Source: Actinomycetes bacterium
Lineage (GTDB): Bacteria; Actinomycetota; Coriobacteriia; Coriobacteriales; Atopobiaceae
Direction of reading: 5' to 3'
NCBI GenBank assembly: GCA_029546925.1
Contig: JAKPQM010000068.1
Coordinates: 1 to 24,000, forward strand
Length of the DNA stretch: 24,000 nt
The notes beneath the pieces were generated by a model, which searched no databases, was not told where the DNA came from, and was given only the letters and a program-made list of their open reading frames with translations. Position numbers and translations under genes: made by a program. The stretch's first letter is position 1; each line of letters opens with the position of its first letter. This document shows, piece after piece, positions 1-8,411 of the stretch.

Positions 1-252
1 GTCCCCGTCCCGGTCGCCGCCCAGCGCCCAGTCGGCGGCCTCCGCCGCCCTGCGGCGACGGTCCTCGAGGCGCACGGCCTTGGCCGCTGCCGCCGAGGCG
101 CCGGAGGCGGCCCCGCCCCGCCTGGTGGCGGAGAGGGCGCCCTCGTCCGATCCGTGCGCGATGCCGGCGCTGACGGCGTCGGTCCTGCCCACGCGGGCGA
201 CCGCGGCCGCGCTGCCGCCGCGCCTGGTGGCGACGTCCGGGCGTCCCGTCAT
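1..252 (-). CDS. N-terminal 84 codons of an ICE protein that continues past the left window edge (function unknown)
   Basis: The minus-strand frame is open from ATG 252-250 to position 1. The ATG overlaps the VirB4-like stop in an ATGA junction (249-252), typical of translational coupling. It is absent from the ORF track because it has no stop in the window. Confidence 0.4.
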   Translation of the reverse strand, partial: MTGRPDVATRRGGSAAAVARVGRTDAVSAGIAHGSDEGALSATRRGGAASGASAAAAKAVRLEDRRRRAAEAADWALGGDRDGD

Positions 253-2771
253 GCGAAGTGCCTCCCCGGGGGCGCCATGGGGTCGGGCACGCGGCGGGCG
301 AGGCGCGCCGTGTCGGAAGCCGCGCGCCTTGCCTCGGCGACCTCGTCGGGCTTGGTGTTGAAGAGGTCGTAGAGCTCGCCCCTCGGGAAGTCGTCCTTGA
401 TGGGGACGCGTGCGGCGCCGGCCACGAGCAGCCCCTCGCCGGGGCGCACCGACTCGTCGATGTAGGTGGCCTCCTCGTCGGAGAGCCCGAGCAGGTCGAC
501 CCACGCCTTGCGGTCGAGCGGCGACTGCTTGTGCAGCAGGATGAAGTCGGAGTTGAGCACCATGTTGCGCGCCTCCTCGTGCGCGAGCATGTAGACGCTG
601 TTCTGCGTGATGCCCGTGCAGACGAGGTTGAACTTGCGGCCCTCCGCCCAGAACTTCGAGAAGTAGCTGACGATAGCGGGGTGGTCGAAGAGCGACTGGA
701 CCTCGTCGATGTAGAGCCAGGTGGTGACGCCGCGCTCCCAGTTGCGGTACATGAGGTTGCGCACCGCCTCCAGCGCCGTGAGCATCGCGAAGGTGCGCAT
801 GTTGCTGGAGAGGTCCTTCAGGTCGATGTTGGTGACGCGGGCGTCGAAGCCCACCGTCGACTCGTGGTTGAAGAACGAGAGGGCGCCCCTCACGTAGCGC
901 TCGTAGCGCAGCGCTATGTCGCGCGCCTCGGGCTCCCCCTGCTCGAGGAGCACGTCGTAGAGGTCGCCGAGCACGGGCACGCGGCCCACCGCTCCGCAGC
1001 GCTCGTAGGCGAGCTCCACGCAGCGGCTGATGATGGACTTGTCCGCCTCGGGCAGCCCCTGGCTCCCCTCCGCCATCGTGGCCCCCGAGAGCGCGAGGAA
1101 CGCGTCGATCTTGAAGGCCCTCTGCGCCGCGGGCGGCTGCCCGGCGACGTCGGCGAGGTCGAAGGGGTTGAGGCAGGCACCCGAGCCCGGGCCGAGCTTC
1201 ACCGAGACGCCGCCGTTGGGCACGACGACGCTCGCGTACTCGCCCGCCGGGTCGAAGATCACGACCTGGTCGTTTCGGTACGCCAGGATCGTGTTCTCGA
1301 TCTCGCGCTTCACGGAGAAGGACTTGCCGCTTCCCGGCTTGCCCGAGACGTAGCCCATCGGGCTCGCCAGGCTCTTGCGGTTGCAGATGACGAGGTTGCT
1401 GCTCACCTTGTTCTGGCCGTAGTACCCGCCCCCCTCCTGGTTCACCTCCTGGGTGGCGAAGGGGATCTGGATGGCGACCTCGGCCGTGGTCGAGAGGCGC
1501 CCCACCTCGACGTGGTTGTTGCCGAGGGGCAGCACCGAGTTGAGGCCCTCGCGCTGGCGGTATGCGAGGGTGGAGAGGTCCACCGACCACGAGCGCGCCG
1601 TCGAGATGATCTGCATCACCTGGTTCTCGAGCTCCGCGCGGGTGCGCGCGTAGGTGTGCACGAGCCCGGTGTAGGCGAAGAGGCGCTGGTTCTTGTTCTG
1701 CAGGTGGTCGAGCAGGTCCTCGGCCTCCGCCTTGGAGTACTTGAGCTCCGAGGGCAGGATCTCGAAGTCGTAGCCCTTCTTCACGGCGCTCATCTGCTCG
1801 TCGATGATCTCCTTGTCCATCCAGGCGAGGCGCTGCTTGACCAGCGCCACCGCCTTGGCCTTGTCCATGCCCTGGACGTGCAGGGTGGCGCACAGCGGTA
1901 TCGGCAGGTCGATGACCGACGCGAGGCAGCGGTCCGAGAGCTCGCTGCCGAAGGAGCGCACGACGAGCGTCTGGTGCCACATGCCGTCGATGACGAGCTG
2001 CGTCGAGGACCCCTCGGGGCGCAGCTCGATGGCGTCGGGGCAGACGAGGTCCTTGGTGCGAAGTCCCGTCGTCGGCCCCACCATGGACCAGTCGAACACG
2101 AGCGGCCGCCCCGGCCGGAGCAGGTCGTTGATGGCGCGCAGGCGCGCCTCGCCGTCGAGTGGCTCGACCTCGCAGCGGACGCGCGAGAGGGCCCCGGCGA
2201 CGCTGCCGCGCACGCGCGCGAGCATCGGCACGGCGGCCTCGACGTCGCGGGCGCCGACCGCGTAGGTGATCGTGCGGGTGCGCACGAGGTTGGAGACCCC
2301 CTCGCGCATCTTGTCGTTGAGGATGCGGTTGTACTCCCGCGCGTAGCGCCCCGTTACGGGGTCGGAGTCGTCGAAGAACGCGCGGTTGCCGACCTCCTCG
2401 GCGGGGATCGGCGTGTTGGCGACTGAGAGCTGCAGCGACGTGTCCGCCCCGAACGAGTCGTAGAGCTGGCAGCAGGCTGAGAAGATGGCCTCCTGGGCCT
2501 CCTGCCGGGCGGACTGGTAGCTCACGTCGGAGAACGACACCGTCTGCGAGAAGAGCCCGCGCTCCACCTCGCAGATGCCGTCGCGCCACATCGTCTCGAA
2601 GCCGATCGCGCCGTAGACGTCGCGCGCGGCGCGGCGGCGCTTTCGCTGCTTCCTGGTCCTCGAGGAGAGCTCCCTCTCCTGGTCGCGCAGGCGGCGCTCG
2701 ACGGACCGCCTCGAGCGTGCGCGCTCCCGCTCGCGGTCGCGCGCCTCCCTACGCCTCCTTGCTCGGCTCAC
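249..2771 (-). CDS. VirB4-like conjugative transfer ATPase (PrgJ/TcpF type)
   Basis: Track ORF 249..3077. Walker A GKPGSGKS, Walker B-like WLYIDEV, and the N-terminal MWRDGICEV...FSDVSYQ motif typical of Gram-positive ICE VirB4 homologues. Start placed at GTG 2771, just upstream of the PrgI-like stop. The first ~100 track codons overlap that gene and look like Arg/Pro-rich shadow. Confidence 0.9.
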   Translation of the reverse strand: MSRARRRREARDRERERARSRRSVERRLRDQERELSSRTRKQRKRRRAARDVYGAIGFETMWRDGICEVERGLFSQTVSFSDVSYQSARQEAQEAIFSACCQLYDSFGADTSLQLSVANTPIPAEEVGNRAFFDDSDPVTGRYAREYNRILNDKMREGVSNLVRTRTITYAVGARDVEAAVPMLARVRGSVAGALSRVRCEVEPLDGEARLRAINDLLRPGRPLVFDWSMVGPTTGLRTKDLVCPDAIELRPEGSSTQLVIDGMWHQTLVVRSFGSELSDRCLASVIDLPIPLCATLHVQGMDKAKAVALVKQRLAWMDKEIIDEQMSAVKKGYDFEILPSELKYSKAEAEDLLDHLQNKNQRLFAYTGLVHTYARTRAELENQVMQIISTARSWSVDLSTLAYRQREGLNSVLPLGNNHVEVGRLSTTAEVAIQIPFATQEVNQEGGGYYGQNKVSSNLVICNRKSLASPMGYVSGKPGSGKSFSVKREIENTILAYRNDQVVIFDPAGEYASVVVPNGGVSVKLGPGSGACLNPFDLADVAGQPPAAQRAFKIDAFLALSGATMAEGSQGLPEADKSIISRCVELAYERCGAVGRVPVLGDLYDVLLEQGEPEARDIALRYERYVRGALSFFNHESTVGFDARVTNIDLKDLSSNMRTFAMLTALEAVRNLMYRNWERGVTTWLYIDEVQSLFDHPAIVSYFSKFWAEGRKFNLVCTGITQNSVYMLAHEEARNMVLNSDFILLHKQSPLDRKAWVDLLGLSDEEATYIDESVRPGEGLLVAGAARVPIKDDFPRGELYDLFNTKPDEVAEARRAASDTARLARRVPDPMAPPGRHFA

Positions 2772-3165
2772 GGAGCTCCGCCCCCTTCCTCCGCGCGGCA
2801 CGGCGGTGCCTGCGGGTGGTCTTTGCGGCCAGGCGCCGCGGCCTGGCCCAGGTCTGCCGCCAGCTGCTCGCGTAGGCGAGCTCGGACGGCCCGAAAAGGT
2901 GGTCCCACAGCAGCGGCGCGAACCGCTCCGCGGGCATGCCGTGGGGCCTCCAGAACCCCAGCAGCCAGAACGGGACGCTCGCGCACATGACGGGCAGGCT
3001 CGCGTCGGAGACCGCGATCCCGAGGCACCAGTGGCAGAGCGCGGCGGCGGCCACGCTCGCGGCGAGCCCGAGCGCAACGCAGCAGAGCGTGCGCAGGCTG
3101 AGCTTGCCGACGACCTTCTCGCGGTACTCGCCTATGTCCTTGTGCACGGCGACTGAGAGCGACAC
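2749..3165 (-). CDS. PrgI-family (VirB3-like) membrane protein
   Basis: 138 aa with an N-terminal VHKDIGEYREKVVGKLSLR motif followed by two hydrophobic helices, sitting immediately upstream of VirB4-like. GTG start 3165 has AGGGGG 6 nt upstream, overlapping the Maff2-like stop. Confidence 0.7.
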   Translation of the reverse strand: MSLSVAVHKDIGEYREKVVGKLSLRTLCCVALGLAASVAAAALCHWCLGIAVSDASLPVMCASVPFWLLGFWRPHGMPAERFAPLLWDHLFGPSELAYASSWRQTWARPRRLAAKTTRRHRRAARRKGAELREPSKEA

Positions 3166-3175
3166 TGCCGGCCCC

Positions 3176-3391
3176 CTACGCCGGGAGCCAGGACGTGTCG
3201 AGCATCCCGAAGTAGACGGAGGCGGCGATGATGATGCCGCCGCCGGCGATGGTGGAGATGGCGCTCGCGATCTGGGCGCCTCCCTGCTGCTCGCGTATCG
3301 CCAGCCCCAGGCTGACCGCGCCCCAGACGACCAGGAAGCCGCCGAGGAACGACACGCAGCCCGAGACCAGAGTGATGATCTCGTTGAGCAC
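3176..3391 (-). CDS. Maff2-family small conjugation membrane protein
   Basis: About 71 aa with two hydrophobic helices flanking a Gly-rich loop, in the conserved position between the coupling protein and PrgI-like. Start is GTG 3391 (AAAGGA 6 nt upstream) or alternatively GTG 3406 as in the track. Confidence 0.6.
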   Translation of the reverse strand: MLNEIITLVSGCVSFLGGFLVVWGAVSLGLAIREQQGGAQIASAISTIAGGGIIIAASVYFGMLDTSWLPA

Positions 3392-3411
3392 TTGCTGTCC
3401 TTTCACGTGAG

Positions 3412-3470
3412 GGGCGCGGGCTCGGGGCCCGCGCCCGTTGGGGCTGTCGTGTGGCGGGCCCTCCCGCCAC
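3412..3470 (-). other. Two GC-rich stem-loops in the VirD4-Maff2 intergenic region
   Basis: GGGCGCGGGC/GCCCGCGCCC (3412-3436, 10-bp stem) and GTGGCGGG/CCCGCCAC (3451-3470, 8-bp stem). Neither is followed by a U-tract, so they are not canonical terminators. Confidence 0.4.
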
Positions 3471-3545
3471 GACTTCAGGGAATACGGCCGGGGCGCCTTC
3501 CGAGGGGGTTTCTCGGACTCTCTGGTGCGCCCGCCCCGCGCTATT

Positions 3546-5339
3546 TCATGGCGATCGCCTCCCCTCGACGAGCGCCCGGACGTCCAGCCCCTCTCCGAGC
3601 TCCCCGTGCCGGGGGTGGCGCTCGGGCGCGTACTTCAGGTCGCACACGGGGTCCGCGCCTGCGATGAGCACGATGGCGCGGCGTCGGTCGAGCCTTCCCA
3701 CCTCCGCGGCCTGGATGAGGTCGCGCTCGGTGGTCTGGTAGTTGGAGGAGGAGCCCGGGGACGCGCCCCGGGTCTCGTTGTGGGTGCGGGTGGAGACGGT
3801 CTCCTTGCCGACGGCCTCCGAGATCCCCTTGTTCGTGGAGCCGGACTTTCCGCCCAGGAAGAGGGTCGTGTCGCAGCAGTCGAGGATGGTCTCCGCGTCG
3901 TCGCCGTAGGCGCTCTTGAGCTGGGCGAGCGACTGCAGCACGACCGAGACGCCGATGTTGCGGGAGCGCACGACGGCGATGGTCCGCTCGAAGTCGGGGA
4001 GGCGCCCTATGTTGGCGAACTCGTCGAGCACGAGGTGCACCGGCGTCGGCAGCTCGCCGCCGTAGGCCGTGAGCGCCCGCTCGCAGAGGACGTTGCCCGC
4101 CTGCCACATGAGCATGGCGAGCAGGAAGGAGTAGGTGGCGTTGGTGTCGGAGGTGGTGGCGAAGATCGCGGCCCTCTGCCCGGGGTCCCCGAGCGTGTCG
4201 AGGCGCATGTCGTCGGCCGAGAGGATGTCCCTGAGCTCCTCGGAGGCCAGCGCCGAGAGGCGCGCGTTGCACGAGATGATGATCGACTTGAGGGTCTTGC
4301 CCGCCGCCGCCTTGAACGCCCGGTAGCGCCCGAGCGCGTAGTCGGAGTCGGGGGTGGCGGGGTCGCACCACGGGACCCAGCGCACGCGCTCCCCAGCCCC
4401 TCCCATGGAGCGGCCGTCGCCACCTGCACCTCCCGGCGCGGCGACGCAGCGGCGCCCGGTCTCGAGCTCGCGGAAGAGCACGTCGAGCGGGCTCATGAAC
4501 GACTCGTCCTCGTCGCGGGCCTCCGCGAGCGACAGCAGCGTCATGAGGCCGGGGAGCGTCCTGTCCTCGGGCGGGCAGTGGTAGGTGAGGTAGCCGATGA
4601 GCGCGCAGTAGAGCAGGCGCTCCGAGTTCTCCCAGAAGGGGTCGTTGGCCGACTTCCCCTTGGGCGTGGTGTTCACGATGAGGCACTCGACGAGCTCGAG
4701 CACGTCCTGCTGGGTGCGGACGTAGGCGAGCGGGTTGTAGCGCATGGAGAGCGAGAAGTCGACGGTGTTGAGGGTGCGCACGTCGTAGCCGTGGGCGGCG
4801 AGCATCGCGCCGAGCCGGCGGACGGTCGTGCCCTTGGGGTCGGTCACGAGGTAGCTCGCGTTCATCTGCATGAGGTTGGGCTCGACGTAGGTGCGGGTCT
4901 TGCCCGAGCCCGAGCCGCCTATCACCACGACGTTGCGGTTGCGCTCCCAGCGCGGGTCGTGGTCGTCGCGCGACATGGCGAGCCGGACGCCCTGCGTGAG
5001 CAGGATGTTGTCGTCGGGGCTCGCCTCGTCGGAGAGGCGCCTCAGCTCCCTGGGCGTGGCCCAGCGGGCGCTGCCGTGCTCCTCGCCGGAGCGGTAGTTG
5101 CCGCGCCTCGCCACCATGTTGGCCCAGGCGACCCACACGCCGCAGCCCGCGGCAAGCCCACACGCGAGCGCGAGTGGCGCCGCCGTCGGGAGCGGGCCAT
5201 GGCTGGCTATGTAGGAGGGAAGCGTGGAGAGCGCTGCCGACAGGTTGGTGACGGCCTCGCCGGGAAGCGACGCGAGGTTCGACGCGTAGAGGTCGGTCGC
5301 CCAGAAGGCCGCCGCCGAGCCGGCGGCGGCGACGCCCAT
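3546..5339 (-). CDS. VirD4/TraG-type type IV coupling protein
   Basis: Track ORF 3546..5747, with the start set at ATG 5339, 17 nt after the upstream stop. N-terminal hydrophobic helices, Walker A GGSGSGKT and the VLDEFAN Walker B-type motif. About 597 aa, the usual size. Confidence 0.9.
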   Translation of the reverse strand: MGVAAAGSAAAFWATDLYASNLASLPGEAVTNLSAALSTLPSYIASHGPLPTAAPLALACGLAAGCGVWVAWANMVARRGNYRSGEEHGSARWATPRELRRLSDEASPDDNILLTQGVRLAMSRDDHDPRWERNRNVVVIGGSGSGKTRTYVEPNLMQMNASYLVTDPKGTTVRRLGAMLAAHGYDVRTLNTVDFSLSMRYNPLAYVRTQQDVLELVECLIVNTTPKGKSANDPFWENSERLLYCALIGYLTYHCPPEDRTLPGLMTLLSLAEARDEDESFMSPLDVLFRELETGRRCVAAPGGAGGDGRSMGGAGERVRWVPWCDPATPDSDYALGRYRAFKAAAGKTLKSIIISCNARLSALASEELRDILSADDMRLDTLGDPGQRAAIFATTSDTNATYSFLLAMLMWQAGNVLCERALTAYGGELPTPVHLVLDEFANIGRLPDFERTIAVVRSRNIGVSVVLQSLAQLKSAYGDDAETILDCCDTTLFLGGKSGSTNKGISEAVGKETVSTRTHNETRGASPGSSSNYQTTERDLIQAAEVGRLDRRRAIVLIAGADPVCDLKYAPERHPRHGELGEGLDVRALVEGRRSP

Positions 5340-5356
5340 GCCCGCGTACGGGCGGC

Positions 5357-5962
5357 TCACTTGGAGCGCTCCTCGCGGCGCTGGGCACCGCGCCCGAGGT
5401 CTCGCTCGGGCGCCTCTGCACCGGAGATGGCCTCGGCTGACTCGCGCGCCCGCTGGGCCCGCTGCTCGAGCGGCTCCCGGTCGCGGTCGCCGTGGTCGAT
5501 CTCTCGCGCCTGCTCGCGGACGCGCTCGGCCGCGCGGTCCGCCGCCTCGCGGGCCTGTGTGGCGAGCGAGTCGAAGCAGTCGGCGACGCGCGGTGCGTCC
5601 TGGGAGCGGAAGAGCAGGTAGGCGCGGCCGCCCTCCTCGTAGAGGGCGTGCTCGAGGGAGGCCGACGTGAGCTTCGCGTCGATCGCCGAGCGGATCTCGT
5701 CGTAGCCCTCCATCGCCTGGAACTCGGCGAGGTCGAGCTTCGCCCACTCTGGCAGCGCCGGCACGTCGGTGCGGACCTCGGCCGACTCAGGGTCGCGCAG
5801 GCTGTCGCGCGCCGCCTCGAGCGCCCGGGTCAGCTGCTCGGCGGCCTCGCGCATGGCGCGCTCGCCCGACGAGGGGCCTCCTATGCGCACCTGGTACATG
5901 GCGACGCGGGTCGCCCAGTCGACGAGCTTCTGCCCGGCCTCGTCGCCGAAGTCCTCTGCCAT
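5357..5962 (-). CDS. ICE protein of unknown function; its position is consistent with PcfB/DUF3801-like proteins
   Basis: 201 aa, acidic and helical, encoded directly upstream of the coupling protein as PcfB/DUF3801 proteins are. GGGAGG lies 6 nt before the ATG. The family assignment is from memory of synteny, not from a search. Confidence 0.45.
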   Translation of the reverse strand: MAEDFGDEAGQKLVDWATRVAMYQVRIGGPSSGERAMREAAEQLTRALEAARDSLRDPESAEVRTDVPALPEWAKLDLAEFQAMEGYDEIRSAIDAKLTSASLEHALYEEGGRAYLLFRSQDAPRVADCFDSLATQAREAADRAAERVREQAREIDHGDRDREPLEQRAQRARESAEAISGAEAPERDLGRGAQRREERSK

Positions 5963-6006
5963 GCGCGGCCTCCCTGGTCCGAGTCATCTCCCTTGGGAGG
6001 CCGCGC
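5963..6006 (-). promoter_or_regulatory. RBS-sequestering stem-loop in the 5' UTR of the conjugation operon
   Basis: Perfect 12-bp inverted repeat, GCGCGGCCTCCC (5963-5974) and GGGAGGCCGCGC (5995-6006), with a 20-nt loop. In the mRNA the 3' arm is the GGGAGG Shine-Dalgarno plus spacer and abuts the AUG at 5962. Confidence 0.55.
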
Positions 6007-6082
6007 CTGGGCAGCGGGCCGGGTCCCCCGGCTGCTGTTCCCTCTCGTATGCTGGACGCCGTGCGCGGCCCGCCCGACGTCG

Positions 6083-6163
6083 TTTGTACCAGTGGCCCCA
6101 TTCGGTCACTCGGGGTCGCACGGGGCAAAGTATCAGCAGCTATCTGGCGGTATCCGCGTCACC
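6083..6163 (-). promoter_or_regulatory. Copy 1 of the conserved bipartite promoter-like element (40-nt box 6124-6163, TACAAA at 6083-6088)
   Basis: Aligns without gaps to the copies at 8372-8411 and 9092-9131. It lies upstream of the PcfB-like/VirD4/Maff2/PrgI/VirB4 genes and overlaps the 3' end of the DnaC-like ORF. Confidence 0.5.
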
Positions 6164-7039
6164 AAACCTCCCCAACTCGCCGCGCCTGCCGACGTCCGTG
6201 GGCATCTTCCGGGCTGGCGTCGTGGGCGGGGTCCTCAGGTCGAAGCCGTAGAGTCTCACCTCGAGGCATGTCTCCCTGATTCTCGAGACGATGGCCTTGG
6301 CGGTCTCGGTCTCGTGTGCCCGCGAGAGCCTCTCCTGGAGGGCTGGGAGCGAGTACTGGGAGGTGTAGATCGTCGTGAGCATCGCTTCGTACCGGGTGTT
6401 CACGAGGTCGTAAAGCGTCATCACTGACCACCTGCTCGCGGACTCCTTGCCGAGGTCGTCGAGGACGAGGGCCTCGCAGCTGAGGTAGCGCTCCAGCTCC
6501 CTCTTCGCCGACGCCCCTGTGTCGAAGGTGTCCCTGACGTCTGAGAGGATCCTTAGGGCCGACGTCATCACGACGCCCCTTCCCGCAAGCGCGAGGGCTG
6601 AGGTCACCGCCGAGGCGTTGTAGGTCTTCCCAGTGCCCACTGGCCCGTGGATGAAGAGGCCCATGCCCCTGCGGGGCACGTACGACTTCACGAATGCCTC
6701 GCAGGTAGGGTCGGTCATGATCGCGTCGTAGTAGCGCCTCTTTACGCCCGCCTTCGCTATGCGCGCCCTTCGCTCCTCCTCGTCCTGCGACGCCTTGAGC
6801 GCCGCCTCCCTCTCCGCCGCCTCGAGCTCGCCCGGGCACCCGCACGGCTCGTGCGAGACCCAGAGGACTCTTCCCCCCACGCTGATGCCGAGTCTCTCCA
6901 GGGGCTTCCCGCAGTGTGGGCACAGATAGGGCTCAGGCGCCTCGGGGCCGAGCCCGAGCTCCCTCGCGTCCTCCGGTGTGAGCATACCCACGCCGTCCTC
7001 TCGCGCGCTCGCGCCCGCGCGTTCCTTTCCTATCTCCAT
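6140..7039 (-). CDS. DnaC/IstB-like AAA+ ATPase (helicase-loader-like) with an N-terminal zinc ribbon
   Basis: Walker A GPVGTGKT, Walker B LVLDDLG, and N-terminal CPHCG...CGCPG. AAGGAAGGA lies 7 nt upstream of ATG 7039. Confidence 0.85.
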   Translation of the reverse strand: MEIGKERAGASAREDGVGMLTPEDARELGLGPEAPEPYLCPHCGKPLERLGISVGGRVLWVSHEPCGCPGELEAAEREAALKASQDEEERRARIAKAGVKRRYYDAIMTDPTCEAFVKSYVPRRGMGLFIHGPVGTGKTYNASAVTSALALAGRGVVMTSALRILSDVRDTFDTGASAKRELERYLSCEALVLDDLGKESASRWSVMTLYDLVNTRYEAMLTTIYTSQYSLPALQERLSRAHETETAKAIVSRIRETCLEVRLYGFDLRTPPTTPARKMPTDVGRRGELGRFGDADTAR

Positions 7040-7062
7040 TTGCCTATCCTTCCTTTCTTATT

Positions 7063-7168
7063 GGGTGACACCGCGTCATGGGGTGGGTGACACGCTGACA
7101 GGGGTCCTGCGGCCATCGGGTGACACCGTGTCATCCGTGGCGTCTCCTCGTGTGACGAGCCGTCATGG
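7063..7168. repeat. Four iteron-like repeats, GGGTGACACCGYGTCAT
   Basis: Copies start at 7063, 7085, 7118 and 7150 (spacing 22, 33 and 32 bp). The copy at 7121-7133 is a near-perfect palindrome, TGACACCGTGTCA. They fill the 123-nt gap between the initiator-like stop and the DnaC-like start. Confidence 0.55.
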
Positions 7169-7534
7169 GTCGAAGAGCGACGGGTCGTGGCGCTTGGCGA
7201 CGGTCCTCAGGGCCCTCTTCACGGGCTCCTCTGTCACCTCGTAGCGCTTCGTGATGCGGCCGTTCGGGAGCCGCCACTCGCCGAGGCACTCGATGAGCCC
7301 GTGAGATTCGAGGCCGGCGATGACGCGGTTCACCTGGCGCTCGCTGATGCCGAGGAACTCCGCCGTGCCCCTGCGGCTCTCCCAGAAGGATCCTCCGGTG
7401 TCCTTGCAGAAGCCGAATATGCGCGCGTAGACGAGCAGCGACGTCCCCGTGAGTCCCATCCCCTCGGTCATGAAGCGGTAGACCTTCACGAACTCGGCCG
7501 CCCTGCTCTTACCGTCTCGTTCTCTGCGAGCCAT
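7163..7534 (-). CDS. Winged-helix DNA-binding protein, replication-initiator/DnaD-like
   Basis: 123 aa with the pattern LLVYARIFGF...S...AEFLGISERQVNRVIAGLESHGLI, typical of ICE and phage replisome-organizer N-terminal domains. It is paired with the DnaC-like ATPase. GAGAAGG lies 6 nt upstream of the ATG. Confidence 0.6.
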   Translation of the reverse strand: MARRERDGKSRAAEFVKVYRFMTEGMGLTGTSLLVYARIFGFCKDTGGSFWESRRGTAEFLGISERQVNRVIAGLESHGLIECLGEWRLPNGRITKRYEVTEEPVKRALRTVAKRHDPSLFDP

Positions 7535-7793
7535 GATTGGCCTTCTCGTCGTGCACCATCACCGTGTTCCGCATGAGCCACTCGCGCAGGTCGTCCTTGT
7601 GGATGAAGTAGCCCTTCGTCTGCCCTGGGAAGCAGCGGAACGGCATGGGGTCCTCGTCCCGATCGATGTATGACCTGATCCTGTTCACGCTGACGCGCAG
7701 GAGCTGGCAGGTCTGCGTGATGGTGAAGTACTCCTCGGCAATTGCCCAGACGTAGATGGGGTTGAGTTGGGTGCTCTTTTCCTCGTCGATCAT
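7509..7793 (-). CDS. Excisionase-family (HTH_17-like) DNA-binding protein
   Basis: 94 aa with an HTH segment ITQTCQLLRVSVNRIRSYI followed by PF...G...F....L..W, as in Tn916-Xis-like proteins. It overlaps the next gene by 26 nt. Confidence 0.55.
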   Translation of the reverse strand: MIDEEKSTQLNPIYVWAIAEEYFTITQTCQLLRVSVNRIRSYIDRDEDPMPFRCFPGQTKGYFIHKDDLREWLMRNTVMVHDEKANHGSQRTRR

Positions 7794-7950
7794 GACTGTC
7801 TCCTCCTACCTTGCGGTGGATTCGACCAGCCGCCGAAGCGCCGTCTCGATGTCACCAGCCGGGTGTGTTTGAGCTGCGGTGGCTGGCCGTGCCTGGTCGG
7901 TCGTGACGGGCTGAGCGAGGAGGGCTGCGGGCTTCAGGTCGAGCATGGCG

Positions 7951-8253
7951 CTACCCTCCGATCTCCTGGGACAGCATGGAGTCGAGGGCGCGCTTGCTGA
8001 TGCGGATGTTTCGGCCGATGCGCTTCTCCGTGAGGACCCCGCGCCTCACCAGGCGATAAACGGTCTTCCGGGAGACATGGGCGTAGAGCTCGATGTCGCG
8101 CACGTCGAGCAGCAGGTCCATCCCCGCTGCCTCTGCGGCGGCGATGCGCGCGAGCCTCTCGTAGTCAGCCTCGTTTTGCGGGGAGAAGCGTTCCTCGCCG
8201 AGGGGGTGGGAGCTCTCCCCGGTGAATCCGAACGTGTATCTCTGGTGGGCCAT
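7951..8253 (-). CDS. Excisionase/MerR-type HTH DNA-binding protein (paralogue 1)
   Basis: C-terminal LLLDVRDIELYAHVSRKTVYRLVRRGVLTEKRIGRNIRISKRAL. Start set at ATG 8253 (GGAGG 5 nt upstream) rather than the track TTG at 8268. Confidence 0.65.
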   Translation of the reverse strand: MAHQRYTFGFTGESSHPLGEERFSPQNEADYERLARIAAAEAAGMDLLLDVRDIELYAHVSRKTVYRLVRRGVLTEKRIGRNIRISKRALDSMLSQEIGG

Positions 8254-8330
8254 GTGCGCCTCCGTCAATCAGGTGGACTGCCGTGGACGCGCATGCCCCA
8301 GAGGGGACTCGCGTGACCGCGGATGAGGCG

Positions 8331-8411
8331 TTTATATGCCGCACGGGGGTATCGACGCTGGGAGCGGAGGTGTCGAAGTATCTGTAGGTATCCCGCGGTA
8401 TCCGTGTCACA
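8331..8411 (-). promoter_or_regulatory. Copy 2 of the conserved bipartite promoter-like element (40-nt box 8372-8411, TATAAA at 8331-8336)
   Basis: Same architecture as copies 1 and 3. It lies upstream of HTH paralogue 1. Confidence 0.5.

Noticed and set aside
258-5621. Very long ORFs antisense to, or out of frame with, the ICE genes (258..2426 +, 3438..5621 +, 3541..5421 -, and many 60-150 aa ORFs)
   Set aside because: Arg/Pro/Ala/Gly-rich low-complexity translations typical of shadow ORFs in high-GC DNA. They overlap ORFs with clear Walker motifs and family signatures.
7851-7946. 31-aa minus-strand ORF (MLDLKPAALLAQPVTTDQARPATAAQTHPGW) starting 4 nt after the HTH paralogue 1 stop, with GGAGGG 7 nt upstream
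   Set aside because: The RBS and coupling are suggestive. However, the ORF is very short and Ala/Pro/Thr-rich, with no recognisable feature, so it cannot be supported from sequence alone.
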